Source of the DNA: Lingula anatina
Lineage: Eukaryota; Animalia; Brachiopoda
Assembly: GCA_051362555.1 (NCBI GenBank)
Contig: CM120641.1
Span: 10,912,001-10,976,000, forward strand
Length of the DNA stretch: 64,000 bases
Direction of reading: 5' to 3'
Of this stretch, positions 28,463-41,868 are shown piece after piece. Made by a program: the position numbers and the translations under genes. Position 1 is the stretch's first letter. The number at the start of each line of letters is the position of its first letter. The notes under the pieces are model-generated. The model did no database searches. It had not been told where the DNA came from and was given only the letters and a program-made list of their open reading frames with translations.

Positions 28463-28604
28463 GGGGGTGTCTCGATAGTCTGAAGGTCCATTGGTCCGAA
28501 GAATGGTAACATTTTCATTGGTTTTTTAATCAAGAGTTCATTGGTCTGTAGGTTTTTTAGTGAACCTTCGGACTATTGAACTTTTGGACTATTGCTACGG
28601 CCCC
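28463..28604. repeat. Short inverted-repeat element with GGTCCGAAG/TCGGACTAT subrepeats
   Basis: GGGGTGTCTCGATAGTCTGAAGGT ... ACCTTCGGACTATTG...GGCCCC. Confidence 0.4.
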
Positions 28605-28691
28605 GATGGGCCAATTTGTGCTAGAATTTGCTGAATTTAAAGATTTATCATTCAACAATTCTGTACATATCAAAGCAGGTTCCATCTATAA

Positions 28692-28765
28692 TACTAGAAA
28701 AGCACTCCAAGAGCGCAGACCTCAGCCAAGGCAGCGATTTTTGATTATTATAATGGCGGAGGTAA
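28692..28765 (-). mobile_element. Minimal (ends-only) copy of HINE family B
   Basis: ACTAGAAAAGCACTCCAAGAGCGCAGACCTCAGCCAAGGC and ATGGCGGAGGTAA are the reverse complements of the family B 3' and 5' ends. Confidence 0.65.
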
Positions 28766-29143
28766 CAATGTCAAATTGACACATTACACTATAAACTATA
28801 ATCTATAACTATGGATACATTATTATTAACTTCGTCTTTTTTTTTTTTTGTTTTGTTTTTTTTTTTGTTTTTTTTGTTTTTACAACAGCATTTATTACGC
28901 AAATATTTGATACATTTTTTGTTGAAAACTGTCAGCCTTGGGGAGTGGGAACTGAAGTGTTTCTCATTGTGATTGTTGAGATTTTAAGTGCAACTCTTTT
29001 TGCAAAGGAGTCTGAAAAGATGTAAACACCGGTTATATAAAAAGCATTGTGTTGTATAAAGCATGCTATCTGTTACATGAGCAGTTGTCATTTTTAGGCG
29101 AACTCAAATATAGTACGAAGGAAAAGATATATTCTGAAGTATC

Positions 29144-32100
29144 ATGTCTGGTACTGCAATGAAAACAGTTATATGCTTGATTCGGAATGATCTCAGGCTG
29201 CACGATAATGAGGTTGGTGTTTTTGCAAATTTACTAAATCAAATATTATTTACTTTTGCTGTTTCAGGGTTACGTGCTAGGCCTGTGCAGTAAGTAGGCC
29301 TACCTCGGCCGAAATCTGGGGCAAAATATTGGTTAGTGATTGGAAATACCAGATTGTTTGTGTATGAAGAGATATGACTTAGAATTTAAAGAGTTTTGTT
29401 CTATTAAAAAATTCTTGTAATTACATTTAATAGCTAGTATTTATAATAAAATGATTTCATCCTGTAAGTTTGCCGTAGCTTTTAGCCTCATAACATCCTG
29501 TGTTAAAAACTCTAGAGGCTGTACATGTATGTTGCGTCATTTACAAATTGAGTGCAGAAGTGGAGTATAGTAGCGGAGTGTATACCAGCTGCTGTAATAT
29601 GCTGGGGTAAAGGACACACAGTTTCCCCAGAATAAAGAAGTTTATGGTCTCTAGAATTTCTAAAACAGGGGTCTACAGTCTGTACCTTAAACTTTTCAAC
29701 TTACTGGCCATTGCACCACCTATTGCTTCCTAAAATCTACTGGTTCGACTCGGGATTCACTGTTCTGAATAAAAATTTTAATAAGTTTGGACTTGTCCCC
29801 AATTGCATTAGTATAATTACAAGAGCTCTTCTGAAAACTTATATAAAAGAATCTATTGGCCATGTCAGACCACTAAATTCGCACATTCTGAAAAATTACT
29901 GGTCCAAATAAAATTTTGCAGGATGTGGGTGTAGGACCAGTGGTTAACATTGCAGACTAGCTTTATGAGACCTTAATTTGCTAGTGTAGTATGCAAGGCC
30001 GAAGACTGAAGCAACCTGTACCGGTAGGTTATGTTGAATTTCAAAAATATTTCCATTATCACACAGCTTCTTCATTGGGCCTACAGCCATTTCCAAGCCA
30101 GTCATGTGCTTCCCCTGTACTGTTTCGACCCAAGACACTTTGCTGGGACTTACCACTATGGCTTTCCTAAGACTGGTGCCCATAGATTGCAGTTTTTGTT
30201 AGAAAGTGTTGATGACTTGAGGAAGAGCCTGAGAGCCAGAGGAAGGTGAGCTTATTGTACAGGACATGCAGTTTCTGTATTTAAATATGTTGCAGGTTTC
30301 TTGGTGGTGACAGGTCAGTGACTGGTCATGCAGTTCAACTTTTGGGGTCAATTGCTGTCTGGGCCCCGTAACTCGAAAGCATTGCGCATTGCGACTGAGC
30401 GCATGCGTCTCGATTCCATAACTCACCCCATATAATACACTGTAGGCTCCATGTGATATCGCTATTCACAATATGCGATGCTTTCGAGTTAGAGGCCCCT
30501 GCTTGGTCAGTTCAGCAAGTTTCAGTTGATGTGGAAGTTTCTTGTTGACTTATAGAGAAAGCAAGTTATAGATTTGAAAATTTTCCAACAAGTGCTTTAA
30601 ATGCATTGAATTGTGACATATGGTAGCAGCTTAATGTGTGTGAATTGATACTTGGTCCATATTGCATTTATCAAATTTGTTATTTCAGTAAAAAATAATG
30701 ATGATTTCAGATTAATGTTACTAACATATGATAACACATGAATCTAGAAGTACTAAAAAATTTGATGGAACTTTCATAACATCATAAGGAATATTGGTGT
30801 CTTACATGACATATTTGAGCCAGTATACATGTACTATTCCATTCCTTCCTGTTAGCAATCTCATAATAAGACAAGGCAAACCAGAAGATGTGGTACCTGC
30901 CATTATCAAATGTCTGGGACAGGGAAACGTAATAGCTGTTGGATTTCAAGAAGAGGTATGTTGGTGGATAAACTGGAATTAACTTTTTTGGCATTTCAGT
31001 TAATATGTACTCTCTCTAACAAAAGCTCCAGGATATTGGTTTGTTAACAAGTTCAAATAGTTAACAATTCAGGCTTTTTTCCTTCTGTGATCCGAGAACC
31101 TTCTTTTCTCTTTGTATGATAAATTATTTAACTTAGTAGCAAAAATTATTTCATCCTTATTATGATCATCTGTTAAAATTCACCATATTTTTGGGAGAGG
31201 CTGCTTGTTGGTGAGGTAGGCTGTGCTATGTGATATGTATGTATTGGATTCTTGATCTCATTTTAATTGAGGTGTACCTGTTTACTTAATAATATACAAA
31301 TTATGTCCAGGCTACACAGGAAGAGTTAGATGTGGAAGCAGCATTAAAGAAGAATTGTGGAGTTCAAATTAAGACATTTTGGGGATCTACCTTGTATCAT
31401 AAAGAAGACGTGCCATTTAAGATACAACAGTGAGTTCCATCTAAAAACAGATCTAAGATATAATCTAAAACAATCCAAGTAAAAAATTTACAGCAGTGAG
31501 TTCTGTCTAAAAAAAAGCTCAAGATATAATCGAAGACAGTCTAATTTTACAGATATCTTTCCGTCTGATGTCATTTTCGAGGATAAAGTAGGTATATTAT
31601 TTTCTGTTTCATTTGAGATTTATTAATTTTGGAATTTATTTAGCTTATAGTGTTGTTTGATGTTCTTTGTTTTTTTTTTTTCCCAGTGTTCCTGATGTTT
31701 ATACTCAGTTTAGGAAGGCAGTAGAGGGTCAAAGTTCTGTGCGTAAACTACTGGAAATACCAGAACAACTGAAACCACCACCACCAGACTTAGAGGAAGG
31801 TGAAATGCCCACCATGCAAACATTTGGGATGCAAGGTGCGTCTTTGTATAAAAACCACAAATAGTACTTATTAATCCAACAATAACTGCTTCACTGTTAG
31901 ACCTTTTTATTTTTTGAATCTTAAACTGCCATTTTAAATTCATTGATATTTATACAAGTTCAGATAATACTTGGGGTGCATTCCCAGAGATTTAGATCGA
32001 TCCAGAGATTTAGATTTAGATCGACCTAACTCCCTGGGGGTTCATGCTTAATTGCAGTCAGCCGAGCGTGCACCATAGTTAATTACCCCCTTACAGCTTT

Positions 32101-35100
32101 TAGTAGGCGGGACAGACGCTTAAGCCGGCTAAGCTGACAGTAATCTAGTGAGACTCCCCACAGGGATAGATCGATCTAAAATCTATGGGAATGGGGTCTT
32201 AGACAAATGTAGGTTGGGTAATTCAAGACTATTTTGATCTAAATCTATATTGACTAACTATCATTGTGGCTAGTTTAAAAAGAAAGGAGAAATCTCTTAA
32301 TAACTTTATTATCTGTTACTCTTCTAATCTCTTTGTTCAGACATAATACATGTGTGTTGCAGGTGAAGTCAAAGATGAAAGATCAGCTTTTCCATTTTGT
32401 GGAGGAGAGACTGAGGCTCTGAGTAGACTAAAACACTACCTGTGGGACAGCGACTCGGTGGCCAAATATAAAGAAACAAGAAATGGCATGGTTGGAGCTG
32501 ACTACTCGACAAAATTTTCAACATGGTAAAATTTCACTAAAATTGTAAATGAAACTGTTGGTATTGATGTGCCCCCTGCCTGTCTTTGATATGACCTTTA
32601 ATGGTAACATCCATGCCAGTTTATAACCACAATATGGGCTGGAAAAAAGAATTCAAAGACAATTGTTAATTGAAGAAACTGTGAATTTTATCTGTATGAA
32701 TTGTACAGCTGGTGAAATTATTTTATGAGCTGTATTTCATTTCTCAAAGATATGTAATCATCACAACCAAAAATTGAACACAAGCTCGAATTTTTATCAC
32801 TTTTATATTATGAACTTTATTGAAATTTTATCAATTTTCTCTTATTGTAAAAGGCAAACATTTAGACCAATTATTGTCAATGTGGGATTTATTATTTTGT
32901 ATTTCTTTTCACTTGAAGGCTTGCACATGGAAGCATTTCTCCCAGAAAAATATTTTGGGAGATAAAAAGATATGAAAAGGAGAGGACAGCTAACCAGTCT
33001 ACTTACTGGGTGATATTTGAGCTGATATGGAGAGACTATTTCAAGTTTGTAGCTCTTAAATATGGGACCAGATTATTCTTTCTGGATGGTAAGTTTTAAA
33101 AACGAATAAGCTAAACCTCCTTTAAAAGGTATTTGATATGGGATTTTTCCAAATCTAATGTTTCTTGAAGAAAAAAAAAACAATTTTCTTCCACTTAGAA
33201 ATTAATGCTTGGCCCAGCCCTGCCTTTAATTTTTGTTTAATACCATTTCTAATTAAATTAGTTGTAAATGAGTGATTCATTTAGACTGCCATATTTTGAC
33301 GTTTCAAAAGGAAATGTTAATATCAGGCGTTTTTATATACAATTTTTATGTAATATTATATATATTTTTATATAACACTGAAAACGTCTGAATAGCTTTA
33401 CAGGACATTGAGACAACAACATTACTGTTGGACATTTCCAGATGCTTTTATATTGTTGAAAGGTATAAAATGGATGGTTTAAACCAATTATTGAATAGGG
33501 ACCATAAAAGTCAGTAAAATTCTGTTTTTGAGATAGGCTAGAATGTCTGGTTATTCTTAACATTTTACATTTATTTTTTCAAAGGTATAATGGGCAAGAA
33601 AATACAATGGAAGCAGGACCCCAAACTGTTTCAAGCTTGGAAAAGTAAGTGCAATTTGTTTTCGAAAGCTCAAGAATGAAGTATAAACTTGATTCCATCC
33701 TCAAGTTAAGCTTTTTGTTGCACCAGCTTAATTATTTCCATAGTAGAAACACATAAATCGTTGAAATGTCTGCTGATGTCTGTGACACTAGCTGTCACAA
33801 ATTACTGTGCCAAAAAGAGGTAACTCGAGTCTTGTGCACTTTCCATTATAGCTGGCAACACAGGTGTCCCCTATGTTGATGCTAACATGAGAGAGATGGC
33901 TGCCACTGGTTTCATGTCCAATAGAGGCAGACAGGTACTGTTTTTTTAGAATGATGAAAAATAAAAGATTATTTTACATGTAAACATATTTTTATCATTA
34001 TCCAATACAGTAATGTCTTGCATCATGAGAAGTATAATTTTGGAGTTTTAAGCAATTTGTTTATTAGTTTGGTTTTTATAAGAATTTTCATTGGAAATGG
34101 TTGTTTAATACTAAGAAACTGTTTCAGAATGTTGCAAGCTTTCTTACCAAAGACTTGCACTTGGATTGGAGAATGGGTGCAGAGTGGTTTGAGTCCTGCC
34201 TTGTAAGTTTTAAAAATAATTAAAGATTTTTGAATAATCAGTATGCCATAATTACTCCATGTCCTCAAAATAATATACCAAAACCATTTTGTGAGTAAAT
34301 AGCACCTATGAGGGCACTAACATGTATGAATATACATTTTAAAAAATGTCTGGATTCTCCCTATTATTATTGTTTCGAGGCTGTTATAATCAATGCAACA
34401 CGCATATATATCCAGATTGATCATGATGTGTGCAGTAACTATGGCAACTGGCAGTATGCTGCTGGGATTGGAAATGACCCGAGAGAAGACAGAAAGTTTA
34501 ACATGGTAAAACAAGGAATGGATTATGACCCAGAGGTACTAAGCAATTACATAATGAAACGAAAAAAAAATCAGTTTGCTAATTGATGGTTTTTATCTGG
34601 AGTTCCTAGATTTATTTTTTTGTAATTCTTTTTCATGAACTATTGACAACACTATCATAAGCATGCCTTTTTTGATTAAATTAACAAATTAATGGATTAT
34701 AGTTCCTACAAAATCTAAGTTAATATAATGATGCTGTTTCCATATTTCTCACTTAAGTACTATACATTGGCACTTAAATGTAAAATTGTTAATGGTATTT
34801 GTTTGAGAAGTCAACATCGGAGATTTTGAAAGTTCTTGTACCATATGTAACTAAAGCTTATTGAGCACTAAGCTAGGCTTTTGTGCAATTTTAACTCTAA
34901 CATTGTTTTCAAAATCTCTGATGTCCAGTTGCACAAACCCCTGAATGAATAGTTGCACTTACCAATCACACATTGAAATGCTCACTTACAATGTAAATTT
35001 TTGTTTCAAAATTACCCAACTGTGAGTGCACATTTTCTAACATAACCATTGCTTGTTTCTAGGGGGAATATGTACGGCTTTGGGTCCCAGAGTTGTCAGA

Positions 35101-35653
35101 AATAAAGGGAGGCAATGTCCATACACCTTGGGCTCTTAGCAAAGCTTTATTAAGTAAAGCTAGAGTGAACATAGGAGAAACTTACCCTCATCCAATTGTG
35201 ATTGCAAAAGAGTGGGCCAAGCATGTGGGCCGTCAAGTAAGTTTTCATCCTGCATTACTTTATATTAATTTTTTTCTCTAAAGTCACAATAGCACATTAT
35301 GAAAAACTTGTGTTTGTGAATGATAAAATGTATAATAATCAGTCTAATCAATTGTATATTCACACATTTCTCTTGTCTGAAGATTTGGGATGAATGCAGA
35401 ATGTGGTTTAGTTCATAATCATGATATCAAGGAGGCATGGTGATGTCATAAGCCTTTTCAATTCTTAGTACTCGGGTAATGAAAACTTTCAACCAAAGAA
35501 ATGAGATCTAGATATTGTATAGTGAAATTTGTTGAAAAAATTCTTGAAACCTTTCTACTTTGTTTGCAGTCAGATTCTAGAGGAAGGGCACCCTCAGGTA
35601 AAGGAAGGCAAAGAGGAATAGATTTTTATTTCAAAAATCCTTCGAAACCTTGA
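29144..35653 (+). CDS. cry-dash: Cryptochrome DASH
   Basis: 13 exons: 29144-29212, 30067-30245, 30856-30955, 31311-31429, 31687-31835, 32363-32525, 32919-33088, 33585-33644, 33852-33934, 34128-34202, 34416-34535, 35063-35236, 35570-35653. Motifs [98 protein letters not shown], and C-terminal RGIDFYF. Confidence 0.95.
30361..30499. mobile_element. Small Harbinger-like MITE
   Basis: TIRs GGGCCCCGTAACTCGAAAGCAT / ATGCTTTCGAGTTAGAGGCCCC, in a CTG context on both sides. Confidence 0.7.
31974..32198 (-). mobile_element. PIF/Harbinger-type MITE, copy 2
   Basis: Reverse-complement homolog of 12706-12920 (GGGTGCATTCCCAGAG...TATGGGAATGGGGTC), flanked by TTG/TTA. Confidence 0.8.
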
Positions 35654-37456
35654 CAGTCAAGAGCATCACTTAGAGGAACACAAGATCTCCATAAGACGAA
35701 CTACAAAACTTTTTCTTATGATAAGGAAATTCTATTACTTCAGTCTACATAGCAATAAATAGACTTGTTTGGTACTTCAGTCAGACATATGGAAGTCCAC
35801 CTACTTTCTACAGTCTATTTTGTACAGATATGTGCAATAAAATGTTTATGATATTTTGTTCAGTTGTAGTTCTAAACAATTATAGCCACCAAACCCAGTA
35901 AAATGCTGGGCTTATATCCCATTCGAGGTTATAGATATATTGCTCCGTGTCCCTATTTTTTTGCAAAAATACTTCTTTATAACAAAATCCAAAAGCAATT
36001 TTTCATGTCCAATCCATCTTACATAAATCGATGTTTGTTTAATAAAGTTCTTAACAATACTGCCAATTATTCCAATTTTATTATCATAGCTAAAGCATTC
36101 ATTTAAGAAAGTAACCTGTAGAGTAAAATGTTCCAAAAACTGGTCCCAGTTTATTTCAAGATTAATACCAAAGGCTGCAAAGTTATTTGGGACTTCCCCC
36201 TAGTAACTACTTGGTCCCAAACCCCTTACCTAATTCCTTCTCCATAATTCACCACTTATGGGAATGAATTTCCACCCATGAAATACACTCCTTAAACATT
36301 CCTTCAACTAGCATTTTGCAAGACATCGGTGATAAAAAATGCTGACCTCCACAACTGAAGGATTGATTTTACAAGATATTAATTATTGCTCAAACCAACA
36401 GCAGCGAATGGCTTGCAAGATCATTAAGTGTTCAATGACCTTCTTCACGTTACATACCATTCACACCAGTCCTAATGTTTTGCACAATTGACTGTTGTGT
36501 GTAATATCCTTCAAGTTTCACAACAGTCTAAATTAACATTTCTAACAATGCACTTTCAATGATTGTCATGCAATATAGAATATATAAAATATTATTGTTG
36601 AAATAACTATTTCTTTCTAACATCTGAACATGAAAACACAAACCTTCCTATGAAGGTTTAAATATATCAACACTGATAGAAAAAAGTGACAACAATCCTT
36701 CTAACTGACTAAAATATGTTCAAAGAAGTGTTCATTCTTAATAAAGTACAATGAAACTGAACACTTAATGATTAGTGTCCTCTAACTGATAATTAAATTG
36801 TGGCAAAATAAATCATGAGCACCAAGTATTTATAATCTGTGGGTTGCTTCTTTACTTAAACAAAAATTGACAGTAAATCCCTCAAAAAAAGGATTGACAT
36901 TTTCAGTGATTAAAAAAAGCATTTAAGTCCACAAATGTAATACTGATTCTAAGCACCATAAATACACATCTCCAGTTTTGAGGTACTAAGTAAATGGTTT
37001 ACAAAGTTGCTAGCTATTAAATACATGCAAGTGTACAATTTTAGAAATCAGCACTAGTGACTAGCCCATGTAGCTCATTTCATCCTTGGTGAGTGTGTGG
37101 CAAAATCATAAGTATGGCCAATTCTTTCCTTTGACATAAATGATATTTATGATAAGATTTACTTAATACTTAATGTAAATTATATTTATGACCGTTTTCC
37201 ATGCTCAATTTGGCAAAAGGTAAAACATTTGCTGAGCAATTGTTAGGTATGTCACCTAATGTCACTCAAATCTGTCCCAAGAAATAAACTGACTTATTTT
37301 AGTTATAATATCAATAGCAAGCACTTGACTGCAACCTCCCCACAGTGCCAGCACTCTAGGGTACCCAGTCAGCACTGTGATCAGACTGCAGGAGCACTGA
37401 GATGAAGCAATGGTAATTGCGAAAAAGCACCTGTAAAGGGTACTGTAAGGGTTAGC

Positions 37457-37492
<36 letters not shown>

Positions 37493-38121
37493 CTTTCATT
37501 TACTGCCTTACACATTTTTTGACATCATGTAAAAAATCGGTTTCTCAAATTTCTCCTTTAACCTGAGCACCCACGAGCACTGTTTCAATGCCAAATCCAT
37601 CACACCATTGAGAACTCTAAAACCCTGTCAGCAATTTTTCTGAAAAGCCATAGTTCAGGTTTTATCTTAATAAGGCAAAATAAAGCATTTGTTCAGTGAT
37701 GCATTGTAATTAGGTGCTCAGACCTCCATGACAGAAACATTTAAATAAAATAACAGCAAGGCATTGAATGCAAATTTTTGTGATAAGATCTTGATCAGGA
37801 ATGGAGTTAAGCTATTTCTCCTCGAAATAGAAAGATGTTAGATTGATGATAAATGCTTTGCCTCTGTTAATGCTAAGCAATGAGAAATATAAATGCTGAT
37901 ATTTTATATTTTTTGAGGGGATTTACATTGCATTAAAGGTAGATGCATTACTGGATAATTAAATGCAGGAAAAAAACTCACTTTTAGTTTCTGGATGATC
38001 ATAAACCCTTACAGTACCCTTAAGTGGGATTGCACATTGAAGAGGGTGGAATTCAAAAAGCACTTTTTCAAGTTAAAATTGACAATCATTTGCGAATGGC
38101 TAAAACTGATCTGCATACAAC

Positions 38122-40565
38122 TTAGAACAAACTTCTCCATATTCCTAGAAAAACAGCCCACTGAATAAATGTGGACAATATAAAAAACACATGTATAGAA
38201 AGAAAATATAATGGACTGAACTCTATACGCTTTGGCCCTGGAAGTCTCTTTCCAATGCTCCCAGTATTTGGCAAGTCTGGGAACATCCCTGTAATGTAGA
38301 AAGTGTCTAAAAGCTGTTCTTTTTCTTCAAACCTTCTGTACATCCACTGTGTGAGCCCCTCTGTGTCAGTTGGAATCACTGATATGGGGAAGAGCCTGTA
38401 GTAAAGGGTAACGTCACAGGGTGGGCGCTGGCCAGCAATTACTGTCTGAAGGTCCAATGGTTTGGCATCCGGATAACCTATTGTGATGTCAATTACCCAT
38501 TTGACGTGTTTTGAAGCTTGGCCTTAAAATCATAAATCAAAACTGTTCAATAAAATTTATAGTAATCTGAATGTCTTTTATATCACACTTTTGGGGAGAA
38601 AAAAGTTGATAAACACAAATCTGTCCAATTTGCAAAATATAACATGCAAGATGTCTTTATAGCAAATGGAATTTAAAGGGGCATTTTATCAAAAACTCAA
38701 AGAATGTTAAAGGTATAATAACTCTTCGTTTTGACCAAAAAATGAATTTTCCTGGAGTAAACAACAATTTTCCCATACTTACCAATGGTTAATGAATCCA
38801 TTTTTACATTCAAAGTTAGTCCCTGGTTTTTTTCTAAAAAGTTTGGTTTTTTGTTAAAATCTCTTAAGAGATTATAACAGAGTATAGCCATCAATAGAGG
38901 TCACGTGGTCTGAACACAAGCTAAGATATCAGAATAATAGCTATAACTGCCGTTTTTCTTGTACAACTGAATATATTATATTTCCACGAGTTGTTCACAA
39001 TGTTTTTATTGTGAAATATAGATCTCATATGAAGAGTTATTATCCCTTTAAACTATTCTGCAAATTCACCATACCATACAGTATGTAAAAAGAAAAAAAA
39101 TAAGAAAAAAATAAGGTAATTATGTCATACTTAAACTCATTTGCTTTTGAGTTTTTTTTTTAGTGTAAGGAACACAAACCCACCAGGTGCTTGAGTTGAT
39201 TTCTTCTTTAGTGTCTCTTTGGACAGTGTAGTCAGCACTGTCTTCATAGCACCAACTCTTGGGAGTGTTACATGTTCCAGTATTGGAAAATTATTCTTCT
39301 GTCCAAATCTTTAAGATAACAACAAGACAACTAGTAGCATATATGTAGGTAAGTAAAAAATGTTTAATTGTATGGCTATTACTGATAATGATAGCATCTC
39401 AACCTCAAATACTTAAATTTAAACTGGGAGGCATGAAAAAGTTTTTAAGTGGAATATGAGAAGGCCCATTCTAAATGAGCAATCAACTAATTCTATACAT
39501 TTCAGAATTCTTTACCATAAAACTATATTAAACATTTAATCAAACATACATCTGGCTCCCTTGTCTTCGTTTTCTTAAAAAGCCACCTTCTGGAAATAGT
39601 AAAATCCATTTCCTGTCTCTAGTGAGGTAAGTCTTTTCAATGTGCTCCTGCAGCTTGTCCAACATTGTATTTCTATGTTCTTTTCCCTAATAAAAAATAA
39701 AACAGCATTTTTTTTGGAAAATGTTATTTCATATTTCATTGGTATTATCCTCTAGATTGCTTGTAAGACTTGGTTGATTAGTATAGAGGGACATTTTTCA
39801 TTCTAATACAATGGTCATGTATGGTATACTTGCAATGGTCAAATGTATGGCATACTCTAGTGTAAGTTTCTAATTTAACCCAAATTTACCTGTACCACTA
39901 AAACCTTTCTTTTGCATTGACAATTTTTTGTACTAAATAATGCTCTGCCCATATATATATATATATATATATATGATAGCATGCCGAGCAATAGTGAGGC
40001 ACACTATTGTGTATATCGGGCTAGGGGGTAGCAGTACATTATTTGTCATACATACAAAGGAAAATCCTACGTTTCTCACCCAGAAACCCTAATTTTGAAT
40101 AGAATATACTGACATCACCACGCATAGGTTGATATCAGCCTTTATACCTCCATATTCAGAAACACTTTTTTATGTAAATGCACACCTGTAAAATAAAGAA
40201 ATCCCCATGACTGGCTGATACCACCCCAAAGTTGGTGTACTTGAAAATCAGATCCTGTATCCACATCATATGCCTTACAGCCTTTCCTTTGTGCTGCAGG
40301 GCATGCATCATGGTGGGCACATCAGCTGTGGACTGGTGGTTTACAATGACCAGAGCCTCTTCATTGTAAGCTGGGGACACATTCTCTCCCACTTCTACAA
40401 CTATGAAATTTATCATAAACTTTAAACTAGTGGTTTCATTCAATGTGCACTACAGAAACAATACAAGCCATAGAATAAACATAACAGTATCACTTAATCG
40501 AGGCAGAAATGAAAGTGAACCTTGATGAATAATTCATCAGTGATTATTATTTGCCATACCACATA

Positions 40566-40631
<66 letters not shown>

Positions 40632-41153
40632 CAAAACTAGATTTACTCAGTAAAATATATTTTCCTTGTGGAATTCAATTTCTCCTGTCCATAACACTTA
40701 TCATTATTTTTCTTAGCAATCAAGTTCTTGACAGCAACATGTTAGCCAAGGATCGAAGCTTTTGTCTGTCTTCAATTTGATGGTAAATAAAAAATATTAC
40801 AACCAGGAAAAATGTATTATATTAGTATGTTAGGAAGGAAATATTTAGGAGAGTCTCTATATCTACGGTTTTGAAATCCAGTACCATTAGTACAGACAGA
40901 TCTTACCACGATAGCCTGCAGTTGTCATCCAGCAAGTTACCATAGCAAGCAGCCACTTAAATAACACTCCTTCGATGTACCAATACAAATCTGGTCTGAT
41001 AAATCTTAGTGGTGAAAAGCAAAACATCCACACCACGTAAGCTGGGATGCAGTACAAATTGTTGATGAGGACATAAAGTGCTCTGATTATGCATTTTCCA
41101 ATCAGATATGGAGTCCACTGAACTGGGTCACTTGTTTTTCTGTTCAGTTCCAT
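38122..41153 (-). CDS. LPGAT1: Acyl-CoA:lysophosphatidylglycerol acyltransferase 1
   Basis: Exons 41153-40907, 40400-40186, 39686-39550, 39308-39184 and 38522-38122. Acyltransferase motifs NHQSTADV, FKYTNFG, LFPEGGFLRKRR, VTLPRVGA and WVIDITIGYP. Confidence 0.93.
40568..40630. repeat. (TA)n microsatellite
   Basis: Direct inspection. Confidence 0.95.
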
Positions 41154-41868
41154 AACTCTGAGTAGAGTTCCCAGGCATCAATCTCTTCCTTTTGATAACT
41201 TACTTTTAGCTGTTCCACGACATTATTCTGAAACTAATTAAAGAAGAGCAAGTAGGTTATCTACTTAAATAGATGATAAATGCAAGTTATCAATTTTCTT
41301 TCCTTTCCTTGCATGAAACGTAGCTTAATAACCATTTGCTAATACTACTTGTAGTACTGACGAATAAGGAATTTTACAGTGCATATATTGGAGTTGGAAA
41401 AAATCAATATGCACTGCATTTTGTCACCACCACTGCTGACTGTAAGTATTAAAGTAGCTTGGATACTTTCCCTACATTACATACACAGAGTCTATGCAGT
41501 ATCTGCATGCAGGCTTCACGTACTGCATTTTTTAAAATCTACAATCGACTCGTTTTGAGGAAAATGACAGCCTTGAAGTCACTGTATTACTAATAATCAT
41601 TCAAAATAAACAAAATGACTTACAAATCACCCCAAATGAACTTACGCAGGAGATGCATGTTCTTATCCACTGAACATAGAGAGCTCGCCTACAGCAATCT
41701 GGGTATAAAGTCTCACTCTAAAGATAAGGATTAACATGAAAGCACACTGAATGCATGCAGAAAGTGCATGTGTTTCAAATGTGTAAAGAATTGAAAACAG
41801 GGATAGTTTCGTATCTTTCAACGCTGCATATACAACAGTCTTTGACACGTCGGTTTTAAAATGGGATA

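Noticed and set aside
29030-29085. D-box-like TTATATAA / GTTACATGA upstream of CRY-DASH as light-responsive elements
   Set aside because: Imperfect matches are expected by chance in AT-rich DNA, and the first is more simply a TATA box.
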